This document shows, one piece after another, positions 12,252-24,758 of a stretch of 48,997 nucleotides of DNA (the stretch's first letter is position 1; the number at the start of each line of letters is the position of its first letter). Source of the stretch: Octopus sinensis. Lineage: Eukaryota. The stretch lies in assembly GCF_006345805.1 (NCBI RefSeq), contig NW_021835815.1, forward strand, positions 1 through 48,997, given 5' to 3'. The position numbers were made by a program, and so were the translations under genes. A model generated the notes under the pieces. That model searched no databases, was not told the origin of the DNA, and was given only the letters and a program-made list of their open reading frames with translations.

Positions 12252-12832
12252 ACAAAAAAGGGACAGGAAAAAACAAGGATGGGTCATTGGGAGCTTCCTT
12301 TCCTCAGTCGTGTACCAGATTATATTAGCAGTTTTGGCCGGTTACACTGGAGACTGCTCCAATCTGACCGGCCCCAAGAAAATCTAAGCTAAGAGCACTA
12401 GATTCCTTGGAAGAAAGCAAGCAAATGTATACGAAAACAACGACGAAAAATAAACCGGATAAATGGTACACTATTACAAATACAAGCAACAGGACATTAA
12501 GAACAGCTGTCTTTCGACTAACGACAAATTATATTAAGCTGGCGTGTGTGGAAGTGAAGCCTTCCACACACGTCAGTTTAATTTAATTCGTCCTTAGTCG
12601 AAAGACACCTGTTGTTTGTATTTGCAATTGTGTACCATTTCTCCGTTTTTTTCGTCCTTGTTTTCGTATACATTCGCTTGCTTTCTTCCATGAATGTATT
12701 GCTCTTAGCTTGGGGCGGCCACATTGGAGCAGTCTCGAGTGTAACCGGCCGAAACCGCTAAGATAATCCAGTACGCGACTGAGGAAGGAAGCTCCCAATG
12801 ACTCATCCTTGTTTTTTCCTGTCACTTTTTGT
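12252..12832. repeat. Long imperfect inverted repeat (~580-bp fold-back, 6-nt loop)
   Basis: Arms 12252-12554 and 12561-12832 are reverse complements; centre GTGTGTGGAAG-tgaagc-CTTCCACACAC. Confidence 0.92.
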
Positions 12833-13329
12833 CATATATATATAAATTAGACAAAAAATCCATGACATACAAGCAACAATATTTTGCTGTTTAGAAACGT
12901 AACTTACATCTTAACCAGTCTACTCATTCTACTCTACCAAATGTATTGAGATTTTCCATTGGGGAATATTTTGATGGTTTTTAATAGGGTGACCAACACT
13001 ACAAAATATACGTACACACACTCAGCCACACATACACACAAATACACACGGACATACCAATATATGTGTCTGTGTTTGTGTCTTCGTGTGTATGAGTGTA
13101 TAGATGTGTGTGGTGTGTGTGTGTGTGTGTGTGTGGTGTGTGAATATATAGATGTGTGTTTCTGTGTATGTAAAATGGATCTGTGTTTTTGTGTAGAAAT
13201 ATATATGTACCTGTGTGTGCATGTGTGCATTTGTGTACGTGTGTCTGGATTTTTTGTGTATATGTATATTATGTATACATACATGAATATATACATACAT
13301 GCACCTGCACCTACATACAAACGTGCATA

Positions 13330-13779
13330 GATACAGACGTATATATATACATACACATACATACATATATATAAATACATACATACTACAGATATATATA
13401 CATACATACATACATTATTATACATACATACATACATACATAATATATACATACATATACATACATATAATATAATACATACATACATACATATATATAT
13501 AATAATACATACATATATATAACATACATACAGACATATATATATACATACATACATACATACATATATACATACATACATACATACATATATTATACAA
13601 CATACTACATACATATCTATATACATACATACATACATTATATATATATAATACATACATACATACATATATATTACATACATACATACATATATATATA
13701 TCATAAAATACATACATACATACATATATATAACATATAACTACATACATATATATCATACATACATACAGATATATAT

Positions 13780-13811
<32 letters not shown>

Positions 13812-13862
13812 TACAACATACATACATACATACATACATACATTCATAAATACATATTTACA
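13330..13862 (+). repeat. Degenerate (ACAT)n microsatellite
   Basis: Direct reading. Confidence 0.95.
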
Positions 13863-14273
13863 TGCATACGTCTTTATATTTTGTCTACAAGCTAGTTTCA
13901 CTTGTGAAGACCTCATACAACGCTATTGAGATAGTTCAATAATAATTTCCGTTAACAACATCAGACAACACAAGACAGACGAGTGGCGTGAGCTCTTTCA
14001 ATATGGCTACTTTCACAAGAACCAGAAGTTTACACAAGTTTATAAAAGCCTGCTTTTGTCTCTGACACAAAATCAAACTTTTATTAGACGAACAAATCAA
14101 ACAGTTTTGTTAGAAATATCGGAATAATTAGAGTATGCTCTCACTATTGAACTGGTCTGGCTATGTAGGGAGCAGAGAAATCGATTATGGAGATTCCTTT
14201 GATTTTTAAGGTTATTATTTTTGTTTTGTGTCTTTAGAAATATTTTGGTTGTTGAAGAATAACTTGCCTCAAC

Positions 14274-14590
14274 AGGTGTGGCTGTGTGGTAAGAAGCTTG
14301 CTTTCCAACTACATGGTTCCTGGTACATTCTGCTAAAGCCTAGGGCCGACCAAAGCCTTTTGTGAGCAGATTTGGAAGACGGAAACTGAGAGAAGCCTGT
14401 CGTGTGTGTGTGTCCTCTCCACTACAGCTTGACAACTAGTGTTAATTTACGTTTGGCAAAACGTGACCGATAGAATATGTAGCAGACTTGCAAATATCAA
14501 GTACTAGGATTAATTCATTTGACTAGAAGTCCTTTATGGCGGTGCCCCAGCATGGTCGCTGTCTAATAACTGAAACAAGTAAGAAGTAAA
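14274..14590 (+). mobile_element. SINE family B copy
   Basis: GGTGTGGCTGTGTGGTAAGAAGCTTG...GGCGGTGCCCCAGCATGGTCGCTGTCTAATAACTGAAAC. Confidence 0.82.
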
Positions 14591-14760
14591 AGTTTTCTTG
14601 AAATGAAAGAACTAAAATCGTGGGCAAAATAACATTACAATTTGACTCTGCTGAGTAAATCTAGTTTACTGATTTACCATTTACTGATCCAGGGAATGAT
14701 GTATGACACCCTCCGGAATCAACTTGTGCAAAAAGAGCAGTTAAGTTAACCCCTTCGCTT

Positions 14761-15173
14761 CTTATTTCTTTATTGGCCACAAGGAGTTAAGCAGAAGGAC
14801 AAACAAGGATAGACAAAAGGATTAAGTCGATTAGATCGACCCCAGTGCGTAACTGGTACTTATTTAATCGACCCCAAAAGGATGAAAGGCAATGTAGACC
14901 TCGGTGGAATTTGAACTCAGAACGTAGCGGTAGACGAAATACCTATTTCTTTCTACCCACAAAGGGCTAAACACAGAGGGGACGAGCAAGGACAGACACA
15001 CGGATTAAGTCGATTATATCGACCCCAGTGCGTAACTGATACTTATTTAATAGACCCCGAAAGGATGAAAGGCAAAGTCGACCTCGGCGGAATTTGAACT
15101 CAGAACGTAATGGCAAACGAAATACCGCTAAGCATTTCGCCCGGAGTACTAACATTTCTGCCAGCTCACCGCC
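14761..15173 (-). mobile_element. SINE family A dimer with L1/Tx1-like tails
   Basis: Two units (14761-14943 and 14944-15173) joined at GAAATACC|TATTTCTTT. Confidence 0.85.
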
Positions 15174-15417
15174 TTAGTTTCTATTTGTCAAGCAAGCAAT
15201 ATAATTCTTCAATACCAGCTACGGCTAACAGCTGAAGAAATCTATCTCTCCTGCATCTCTCAGGATGCAGGAGAGGATTTTGGGCACGCCGGGAGAGGTT
15301 TACCGACATCAAGATAGCATGGACAACCCAACATTCATTTTCCGCTATAGAAATGTTCTTCTGACAATCCGAGCTGTCCTTGATACAGATTTTATTGATA
15401 TCAGATGGAGATAACTA

Positions 15418-15851
15418 TTGGTTTCAAATTTTGGCACAAGAACAACAATTTCGGGGTAAGAAATTATCCGATTTCATTAAACCCAAGTACGTAGCTGGTA
15501 CTGATTTGATCGAGCCTGAAAACTTGAAAGGTAAAATTGATGTTCGGGGAATTTGAACTCAGAACGTTGAGACAAAGGAGTGCTACTGAGCATTTTGCCA
15601 GGGTGCTTACAATTCTGCTAGCTCAACGCCTTCATAATCCATTCTACTATAGGTAGCAGGATTGAAATTTTTAGGGAAAGGGTCTAGTCGATTACATCAA
15701 CTCCAGTACTTCAACTGGGAGTTACTTTATCGACACCGAAGGATGAAAGACAAAGTCGACTCTGGCGGAATTTAATCCCAGGACGTGAAGACGTATACAA
15801 TACCGCCAAGGATTTTTTCCGGCACGGTAACGATTCCGCCATCTCGTCGCC
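15418..15851 (-). mobile_element. Two tandem SINE family A copies
   Basis: Copies at ~15418-15631 and ~15638-15851 with family motifs. Confidence 0.8.
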
Positions 15852-16053
15852 TTACAGAGCACTGTAGTAATAAGATAATGTTTTACACATGATGAAGATA
15901 TGATCAGTTCTTTGGTGGTAGATAATAGTATTGTCTTGTTGTTTACTTGAATGTGCATGTAAAACTTTGATAGCAAGCCGTCAAAAACTTACCACGTGTT
16001 TCAAACACGATTATCCCATCTTATTTTCCTCTTCATCTCTCTCTCTCATTAAT

Positions 16054-16095
<42 letters not shown>

Positions 16096-16828
16096 GTCCT
16101 TATGAAATAAGGTTCTAGAGAGTTGGTATTTTCAACGTTTAGTTAGTGTCTTTAATTAACGACTTTCATTTGTGGTCTTTTTCACAACCACATACAACAA
16201 GCTTCGATTCTTCAATGCAGCTCATAGAACAATCGTCTTTTATCATTGCCATTTGCAAGAGACTGCCGTTATTTTTAGCAAATCTTATGGCCATGTAGAA
16301 CCCTTGATGTTGGATCATTATAACAATGGCGGCTATGCGAATTTATAAATTGTTGATATTGCTTTCTGGTTGACTAGAGAAACATTCTCGCTATAGTTAA
16401 GATATTGATCTTTGATAGTTCAAAGCAGGCTTCCTTGCATTGATTTTTGATAATGTCACATGTCTCTTAATGATCTATGATGCATAGTCCATTTTGCCAA
16501 AGAACTAGTCTAATCTGATGTTATATTACAAGACACTCGTGCGTAGAATGGATGAAAACATTGCTGTTCTAGATATTTTTTCTTTGTTTATCTTCTTTCT
16601 CAAACTTAAAACATGGCAGCGTAATTGAGTTTGTCCACAACCAAGTACTTCAAGTTTCAAGTTCACAATAAGTCACACATAGCAACTGTCTTGCGACATT
16701 ATCATTCGACTAAGATCTAGGAGACAGAAAGTCTGTAGAAATCGTACATCTACGCTTACACTCACACATACATATACATACATACATACATACATTCATA
16801 CATACATACATACATACATACATGTTCA

Positions 16829-17292
16829 CATAAAGCTGAAGATCAGTGAAAAAAAGAATATCTAAGCTGAACTATAGAGAAATCTGCCGTTACTCTTTCC
16901 AAATTACAAGTTCAGATCTATACCTGTAATTATTGGGGCCCTGGGATATGTAACACACTGCCTAAATACCAATCTTGAGAAATTAGGCTTCTCAAAGCCA
17001 GAAAGGAGAAAGCTAATTCGAAGACTACAGATCCAGTCCATCACTGGAACTGTAAAAATCTGTAAAACTTCATAAGTTTGTCATTTAAATATATATGAGC
17101 ATGCCTAGATATGCAACTATATGCATGATGATAAATACGTAAAAACATACATACAACATACGAATCTTCACATACATACATATATACAAACAAAGGCACC
17201 CTGTTGTTGAGGTTAAAATTCCAATGAAGGAGCCTTGGATCCAGGTTAGAAACCAGCTCTTTATCGGCAAGAAATCTTGAAAGAAAACTGAA
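16829..17292 (+). mobile_element. 3' end of an R4/Dong-like LINE (restriction-like endonuclease C-terminus plus 3' UTR)
   Basis: Translates as ...IPVIIGALGYVTHCLNTNLEKLGFSKPERRKLIRRLQIQSITGTVKICKT. The P(V/I)(V/I)IGALG motif is typical of RLE-class LINE C-termini. Flanked by (ACAT)n on both sides. Confidence 0.75.
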
Positions 17293-17807
17293 TGACATAC
17301 ATACATACATACATGTATGCATACATACATACATACATACATACATACATACATACATACGTACACACACATACATACATGCATACAAACATACATACAT
17401 ACATACATAGAGGCATACATACATGCATACATATACAAGTATATTCACATACGCACATATGTATATCTACTGCAACACCAATGCAAACATCCACGCGAAC
17501 CTGTACATACACATACGTATATGTACATATATATAGTTTTCTTACTTTTTTCTCGTTCCACTATTGCTTTCAACGCTCTCGTTTCTCTTCTCGTTTTTTC
17601 CTATGTTTTCTCACAAACCAGCGTCCCGGTTTTCATATAGGACAAACGGTATGCACTGAGTCTGAAAGATTGCTTGTAAACGTAAATACGATATAGAAAT
17701 CTGCTGAATTATTATGTCTCTACGGTATGAAACGATTGGTAGCTGTTTTTAAATACTGTGTATATTAAATTATTTATATCTCTCACTATATATATATATA
17801 TAATATA

Positions 17808-17863
<56 letters not shown>

Positions 17864-18179
17864 GTCGAATCATAAGTACCCCTGCACTGGACATGTAATG
17901 TTCCCAGACAAGAGATTGACCTGTACAGTTGCCGAGTAGTATCCAGAAAATGGGGAAGGTCCTCTTGAAGGGCCTCCACGATGATGGGAAAACAATTTAA
18001 GCAATTTGTTTGGGTCAAGATTGCACAAAATGGCACAATCAAGATAGACGTGGAAGCGCATTGTGACCAGCGTGTACAACACCATCTGATGATCTGGTCT
18101 ATACGGTGATATATATATATATATATATAATATATATATATATATATAATATATATAATAATATATAAATCGCTGGCCA

Positions 18180-18370
18180 CTACTCATTGTTTATTTTCTC
18201 TCCTCGTTTCTCCCTATTGTCTCTCCTTCTTTCTTTCTGTGTTCCTTTCTCTGTGGAAGAGCGTAGGCTCGAAACATTAAGGATATTTTCACTTCTCTAG
18301 CGTTATACTAATACATCTGTTTGTTGTCTGCATCACCTGTCTTCGTCTTTTGTTTTTTGAATTCTCCCCT
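18180..18370 (+). mobile_element. Short (TA)n-flanked element with hammerhead-like motif
   Basis: CTGTGGAAGAGCGTAGGCTCGAAACATT; homologous to 27495-27661, 43270-43385 and 23237-23388. Confidence 0.65.
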
Positions 18371-18406
18371 ATATATATAATATATATATATATTATATTA
18401 TATATA

Positions 18407-18445
<39 letters not shown>

Positions 18446-19244
18446 GTGTGTGTGTAATTGTGTACACACACACACACATAGACACCACACATATATGAAT
18501 TGTTCAAACAATGCGTACCGGTATATCTCTCCTGCCAATACTGGACGATATAACATTGTTGATAAAACTGCCGAACTTCGAATGAAGCCCTTTTGTAGCA
18601 ACTTTCAACCATTTTTTTCTTATTCCCTCTCTCTCAAAAATGCAGTAAATCACTGATTGGTCCATTCCAAATCTGTAACCAAAGGCAAAAATTCAAAAAT
18701 GAAATAAAAGTAAGTATTTAATTAATTAATAAATTAATTAATTAACAAGACCATTCGGGAGTTTCATTTTGATTATTCTAATTCTAAGAATTTTGTCTTC
18801 TTTACTTCTTTTCTTAAGATCATGAGAAAAAAAACTTTTATTGCACATCCTCTTCGCCTCTATGTTTCTTCTCTGCAAGACCAACTAATCTATCTTTGGG
18901 ATTTATGATCTCAACATGGATATCCTTATTCTTCTTCATATTATTGTTGCTACTGTTGTTGTCGCCAAAGATGTGTTATTTTCCTGCCCATATTGTATTT
19001 ATTTGCATAGATAATTGACCTCGTTTTTGAGTATTTATTTATCACTTGTAAAATATTTAAGGGGCGGTTCCCTGTCTTCTTCGTACAACTTAGCCTTACT
19101 TGTTTGTTCAGGAGGTTGGGGGAATTTTTTTTTTTTTGCCCCTTTCCGAAATTGCAAACTAAAAACAAAATGGTGGTGCAATTCTAGGGTTAACTAGCTC
19201 AACCACAGAGCTTATAAAATATAATTTAGTGTTTTAAAAACCAA

Positions 19245-19565
19245 ACATGAATGACCATGGGATTGCGCTTAGAAAGTTACCCTCCGTGGAACAAGCCGGG
19301 CAAGGTTGTTTGAGGAAGACCAGTAGTCGCCCATGCATACCAGCCTCCCCTCACTATGCCACTGATGATATCCAAGGGAAAGGCAAAGAGGTCGATACAG
19401 CTTGGTACCAATGATATCGCAACTCATTTCTACAGCTGAGTTAACTGGAGCAACGTGAAATAAAGGGTCTTGTTCAAGGACACAACAAAAAAGCCCTGTC
19501 CGGGAATCGAACTTACTACCTCATGATTTTGAGCCCTACCTTCTAACTACTGAGCCATGCACCTT
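19245..19565 (-). mobile_element. SINE family C (tRNA head plus CORE-like domain), tail type 1
   Basis: Minus strand GCATGGCTCAGTAGTTAG...AAGTTCGATTCCCGG...GTTGTGTCCTTGAACAAGAC...CTCCAGTTAACTCAGCTGTAGAAATGAG. Confidence 0.75.
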
Positions 19566-19611
19566 CACTATCCACACACACACAGACTCATTATATATAT
19601 GCACATATATT

Positions 19612-19995
19612 ATTTTATTCTTTTGTTTATTGCAGTCATTTGACTGCGGCCATGCTGGAGCACTACCTTTAGTCGAATGAAATCGACCCCAGGACTTATT
19701 CTTTGTAAGCCTAGTGCTTATTCTATCGGTCTCTTTTGCCGAACCGCTAAGTTACGGGAACGTAAACACACCAGCATCGATTGTCAAGCGATGTGGGGGG
19801 GGGGCGTAAACACCGACACAACATATACACACACATATATATGTATATATGTATATACATATATACGATGGTCTTCTTTCAGTTTCCGTCTATCAAATCC
19901 ACTCACAAGGCTTTGGTCGGCCCGAGACTATAGTAGATGACACTTGCCCAAGCTGCCACGCATTGAGACTGAACCCCCGAAACCATGTGGCAGGT
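19612..19995 (-). mobile_element. SINE family B copy
   Basis: Reverse complement of the element at 8761-9207. Confidence 0.85.
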
Positions 19996-20255
19996 AAAAA
20001 AAAAACTACTTATATGCATATATTATATACATGCACATGTGTGTGTGTGGGAGGGTGTCTGAGTACATTTGATAGTTAATTTTGTCGACCAAAGAGAACA
20101 GATAACTTTGTCCTCGACGGGACTTGAACACGCAACACATAGCAACATAACCAAATAACACCACAAGGCATTTTCAAAAGCTCCCTACAATATTTGCTAA
20201 TCCATCCTCAGAAATAATGTTTTCGGTTAATATTCCCACCACTTCCAACTCACAG

Positions 20256-20326
20256 GTTTGATCCCGCACCTCCCGGGTGACATAAACAGGTGCTACCGAC
20301 AGAGCCAGCTACAGGAGTATTTATAA
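20256..20326 (+). CDS. Candidate terminal coding exon of an unidentified gene (xLIPHLPGDINRCYRQSQLQEYL*)
   Basis: Pyrimidine-rich acceptor TTCCCACCACTTCCAACTCACAG, a short GC-richer open frame ending in TAA, then ~700 bp of AT-rich unique-looking sequence with AATAAA near 20890. No homology recognised. Confidence 0.25.
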
Positions 20327-21353
20327 ATTAAAATTCTTGAAATTCAATATATTCTTTCATGTTTTAACTCTAGAAAGAATCAGAACCATTCCATTCCATT
20401 CCATTTCAGAACATTTTACCATTTTTCTACTTGTGAAACTGAAAGAATTTAAAAATTAAATTATATTCTTTGTCTTCGCTTATTTTTAATTTTTATTTAT
20501 TTTTTTTTCACATTTTGGGGGGTAAATCTTTTAATGTTCTTTTTTAATATTATTTTCTTAATATTCCGATTTATCTTGAGTCATCCATAACACTTCATTT
20601 CCACCGACATTTTTCAATGTTAAACCGTTAAACATTTCCGAAAAAGATAACTAAAAGAGAAAAAAAAAAGGGGGGGGGAGAATAATATACTTGACATAAT
20701 TTTCGGACAGTTAACTATGTAAAAGGTAGCTTGAGCATTTCGTTTTAAGTTCTCTATAATTTATACGCTGTGTATCATTTATTTATTTATATTTCGTTTC
20801 CCAAATATTTCGTTTTTCCTTTATATTATATATCGCTTCTTTTATTTTTGTTTTCTTCGTTGTTTCTAAAACTATAAATCATAAACTGCAATAAATTAAT
20901 CTAAACTTAATAATCTAAAATTAATATCTGAAGAACTGGCATATTCTTTTAATTTATGGCCAATCTGAAATAAATGTAACAGACCCTAATGTGAATCGAT
21001 TTGGTAGCATCACATCTTGAAGAAAAATCTTGCGGGAAGAAAAAAATATGTAAATAGATACACACACAGGCACACTCATACATATATATAAATGAATAAG
21101 TATATACATAAAAGGAACGAAATATCAAAGGAAATAAACGGAAATTCTTTTAAAGAATCAGATATTTTTCAGCAATTGAACATTTACGTATCGCTTATTC
21201 AGTTAATGAAAGATGTAAAGATATACATAAGTACTTTCCTACATACATACATACATACATACATATGACTATGTATCAGTATTATATGTATTCAAATATA
21301 TTTATGAATATATGTATATATATATGTATGTAAGTATTTATATATTTTATGTA

Positions 21354-21418
<65 letters not shown>

Positions 21419-21810
21419 TACAAATATATATATATATCTATACATACATTTATATATATTATGTATTTTAATATATGTCTATACACTTACGTGTGTATCT
21501 TTGTATGTATGTAAACTTGTATGTATACATTATATGTAGATACACACGCACTTATATTCCCATATTTACATATGCGTGTATGTATTCATACATCACGTAT
21601 ACGTATGTATAAACGCAAACATATGTGTGCGTATATATATACATATATATGTATATATACACATATATATAAATATACATATATATATATGTATATTTAT
21701 ACGTATATGTACATATATATGTATATATATATATATATATATGTATACATATATAGAGAGAGAGAGGGAGGGGAGGGAGAGGGAGAGGGAGAGATGATGT
21801 TGATGATGAA

Positions 21811-21856
<46 letters not shown>

Positions 21857-22233
21857 CTGATGGTGATGAAGATAAACTGTAGCAAGCAAGAAAATACTTC
21901 GGGCTATAAATTTATTTAATCAAATTTAAAAACCTATATATACTTACAATTGTCGCTCCAGTATGGCCACTTCAATAGCTGTAAAGCGGTGACATAAGGA
22001 ATAAAATATCTAACAGAAACAAACGAATAATTCATCTTTTTCCCATCGTATAAGATGGCGTCTGAGTGAAAAAGTAAAAACAGCGACACATCTATGGGAA
22101 AAATTGATCGCCGTGCCGACGAACGCCCCCTCGTGGGGTAAATAGCTGTATTTAGAATGTGCCATGGAATATTTAGGAGTAGAGGGTATGAACTTCATTT
22201 TTCACTTCTTTTGAATTTTTCTTTGCGTGTAAA

Positions 22234-22264
<31 letters not shown>

Positions 22265-22269
22265 ACATA

Positions 22270-22780
22270 CAGGGTGGTTCAAAAGTAGCTTTACAGTTAC
22301 CACGAAGGCAATTCAAAATTTTTTTTAAAACATTTTATTACATTTAAACTTTTATATAACAGTCATATTGTTTAATCTCACAGAAGCTCAAAGTGTCCTC
22401 CCTCAACATTGCAACATTCTTCAAACCTCTTCAGAACACTCCGACACACAGTGCTGCACAAATTCCGATCTCACTCAGTTTCAGTGAATGCATCAGAAGT
22501 GTAATCTTTTAATTGAGTTACTGTTATGGGATTCTTCTCCTAAACCTTGTTCTTTACAACACCTCCAAAAGAGAAATCCATTGGTGTCAGGTCAGGTGAA
22601 CGTGGTGGCCATTCGATGCTGCTCCGTCTTTCCAAACCAAGCCTGTGGTTAAGGCAGTCTCTTAGTGCCAACGTATAATGAGGAAGTTTTCCATCTTCCT
22701 GAATGAAAGGTTCAAACTGTCAATATATGAATGCGAAAAAGATAGTTGACTAACTGTAAACCTATTTTGGGGCCACCCTA
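22270..22780 (-). mobile_element. Internally deleted Tc1/mariner-superfamily element (rosa/DD41D-like relic) with TIRs
   Basis: Left end CAGGGTGGTTCAAAAGTAGCTTTACAGTTA versus right-end reverse complement TAGGGTGGCCCCAAAATAGGTTTACAGTTA. Minus-strand peptide EWPPRSPDLTPMDF...GVVKNKV...EGGHFELL. Confidence 0.82.
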
Positions 22781-23236
22781 CATATGATTTTTGTCACAGA
22801 ACTTGCACCATATTGGGGCATCACACTGAAAAATCTAGTGAAATGAATCGACCCCACTTTTATCATTTTTAAGCATAGTACATATTCAATCGGTTCTTCT
22901 AGCCAAAACCACTCAGTTACGCGGACGTAAACAAACTGACACCGGTCGTCAAGCGATGGGTGAGACAAATACAAACACAAAGATGCACGTATATACATAC
23001 TCGCACACACAGACATACGTATATATGCACACATTTATATGACGGGCCTCCACACAGTTTCTACCTACCGAATTCATTGAATAAGCAATGGCCATTCCGA
23101 TACCACGTGAGACTGCAAAGCAAGGTTCTTAATCATACGGCTAGGCTTGCAGGATGCTATCTTGTCCAATTCTCAGATTCTCAGAATATATATATATATA
23201 TATATATATAAAGAGAGAGACAGACAGACAGAGAGT

Positions 23237-23486
23237 TCAAATTCCCAGAAAAGGAAAGACGAAGACAGGTGAGGGAACAACAAACAGGTGTGTTAGTGTA
23301 ACGCTCAGTAAGAATGGAAGAGTCTTTGACGTTTCAAATGTACGCTCTTCGACAGAAAGGATTAAGAGGGAAAGAAACGAAGAGAGAATATATATAAATA
23401 TATATATGAAGCATAAACCACCTTTGTTTCCTTCTTGAGTGTCTCCTAATACTTTGTTTGTTGTTTTTTCTTGCGTTTCTTGTTCG

Positions 23487-23529
<43 letters not shown>

Positions 23530-23745
23530 ATATATATCCCAAAAACGAAGAACAAACGCACAAAAAAGCAACAACGCGAGAACGTGGAACATGTAAAGTA
23601 TTAGCAGACGTTCAGGGAAGGAAAGAAAGTTGGTTTAACGTTTCGAGCAAAGCCCCTCTTCAGAAAATAGCAAAGTCCACTAGAAAAGGAAGACGGAGAG
23701 GGAAAACATCGCCAACGATTCACATGTGGTTACATTTTGAAATAT
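23237..23745 (-). mobile_element. Cluster of short elements with hammerhead-like motifs (probable Penelope pLTR/retrozyme-like fragments)
   Basis: Minus strand CTGTCGAAGAGCGTACATTTGAAACGTC (~23328-23355) and CTGAAGAGGGGCTTTGCTCGAAACGTT (~23637-23663), separated by (TA)n. Confidence 0.6.
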
Positions 23746-23924
23746 ATATATATATATATTAAATTCAAATTACGATGAACGTAAACAAACAAGCAAAGTT
23801 TGCTTTAGAAGCGTTGAGATGTCTTAGAAAGCTAAAGAAGTGATTTTAAATTCTCAAATGCAGGATAATGCTAATAATATAGCCTGAACAGGATAAGCTA
23901 CCCCTATTTTGCAGAAAAAAGTGT

Positions 23925-24003
23925 TGGCGGCCGGCTATGAGACTCGAACTCACACCTCCGTGATTACGCGTCACGGTGCTCTGAACTATTAGCTAAACCG
24001 CCC
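23925..24003 (-). tRNA. Atypical tRNA-like sequence (CGT in the anticodon-loop centre, Thr-like); may be a pseudogene or SINE head
   Basis: GGGCGGTTTAGCTAATAGTTCAGAGCACCGTGACGCGTAATCACGGAGGTGTGAGTTCGAGTCTCATAGCCGGCCGCCA folds as a cloverleaf with T-loop TTCGAGT. It is followed by ACACTTTTTT, a Pol III terminator-like run. Confidence 0.55.
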
Positions 24004-24493
24004 TGATAGAGAGAGACAGGGAGAGAGAGATGAGGGGAAGACAAGAATAGAAAAACAACGAAAGAGAAGAACGAAGAATTTATTCTAGTTTTTGAAAGTA
24101 TTTAAAAAAATTTTTATTTTAAATCAAATACGACAGAGAAGACGAAAGCACAAAGTTGACCTGGGTGTGATTTGAACTTGAATATCAAAGACTCGGAACA
24201 GATACCACAAAGTATTCTTTATTCCAAAGCTGTAACGATTTCTGCGAATTCTCCGCCTTGATGTAATTATGGTAAGGCATTAATATAAAAGAAAGATATG
24301 GAAGTATTTCTATGCAAGAATAGTTGGAAGCGACAGATGAAGGGAAAAGAGAGACAGAAACAACATACAACGAAAATGTCACAAAATAATGATTTATACA
24401 GCGAAATTACTTGTAAGTCGTATGTTAGGGTATGGAAACTGATATATAACATATGTTGTATAATGAGAGGGTGCAATTTAATATGGCGTCGGG

Positions 24494-24758
24494 GTTGTTG
24501 TTGTTGTTGTTGTTAGTGGTGGTGGTGGTGGCGGTGGTGATGATGATTTTGATGTTGATGTGGTTCTTGTTGTGGTTTTTCTTTTTGTTGTTGTTGTTGT
24601 TGTTGTCGTTCGTGATGATGACGATGATGATGATGATGATAATGATGGTGCCGATGTGGGTTTTTGTTGTTGTTTTTGTTGTTGTTGATGTTATTGCTGT
24701 TGTTTTGCTGTTGTTATTGTTGTCGATTTTGCTGTTGATGTTGTTCTTGTTGTTGCTA
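24494..24758 (+). repeat. Compound (GTT)/(GAT)/(GGT) microsatellite
   Basis: Direct reading. Confidence 0.9.

Noticed and set aside
17864-18108. 245-bp complex island between (TA)n tracts with two open minus-strand frames
   Set aside because: No recognisable motif; probably a fragment of an unidentified repeat.
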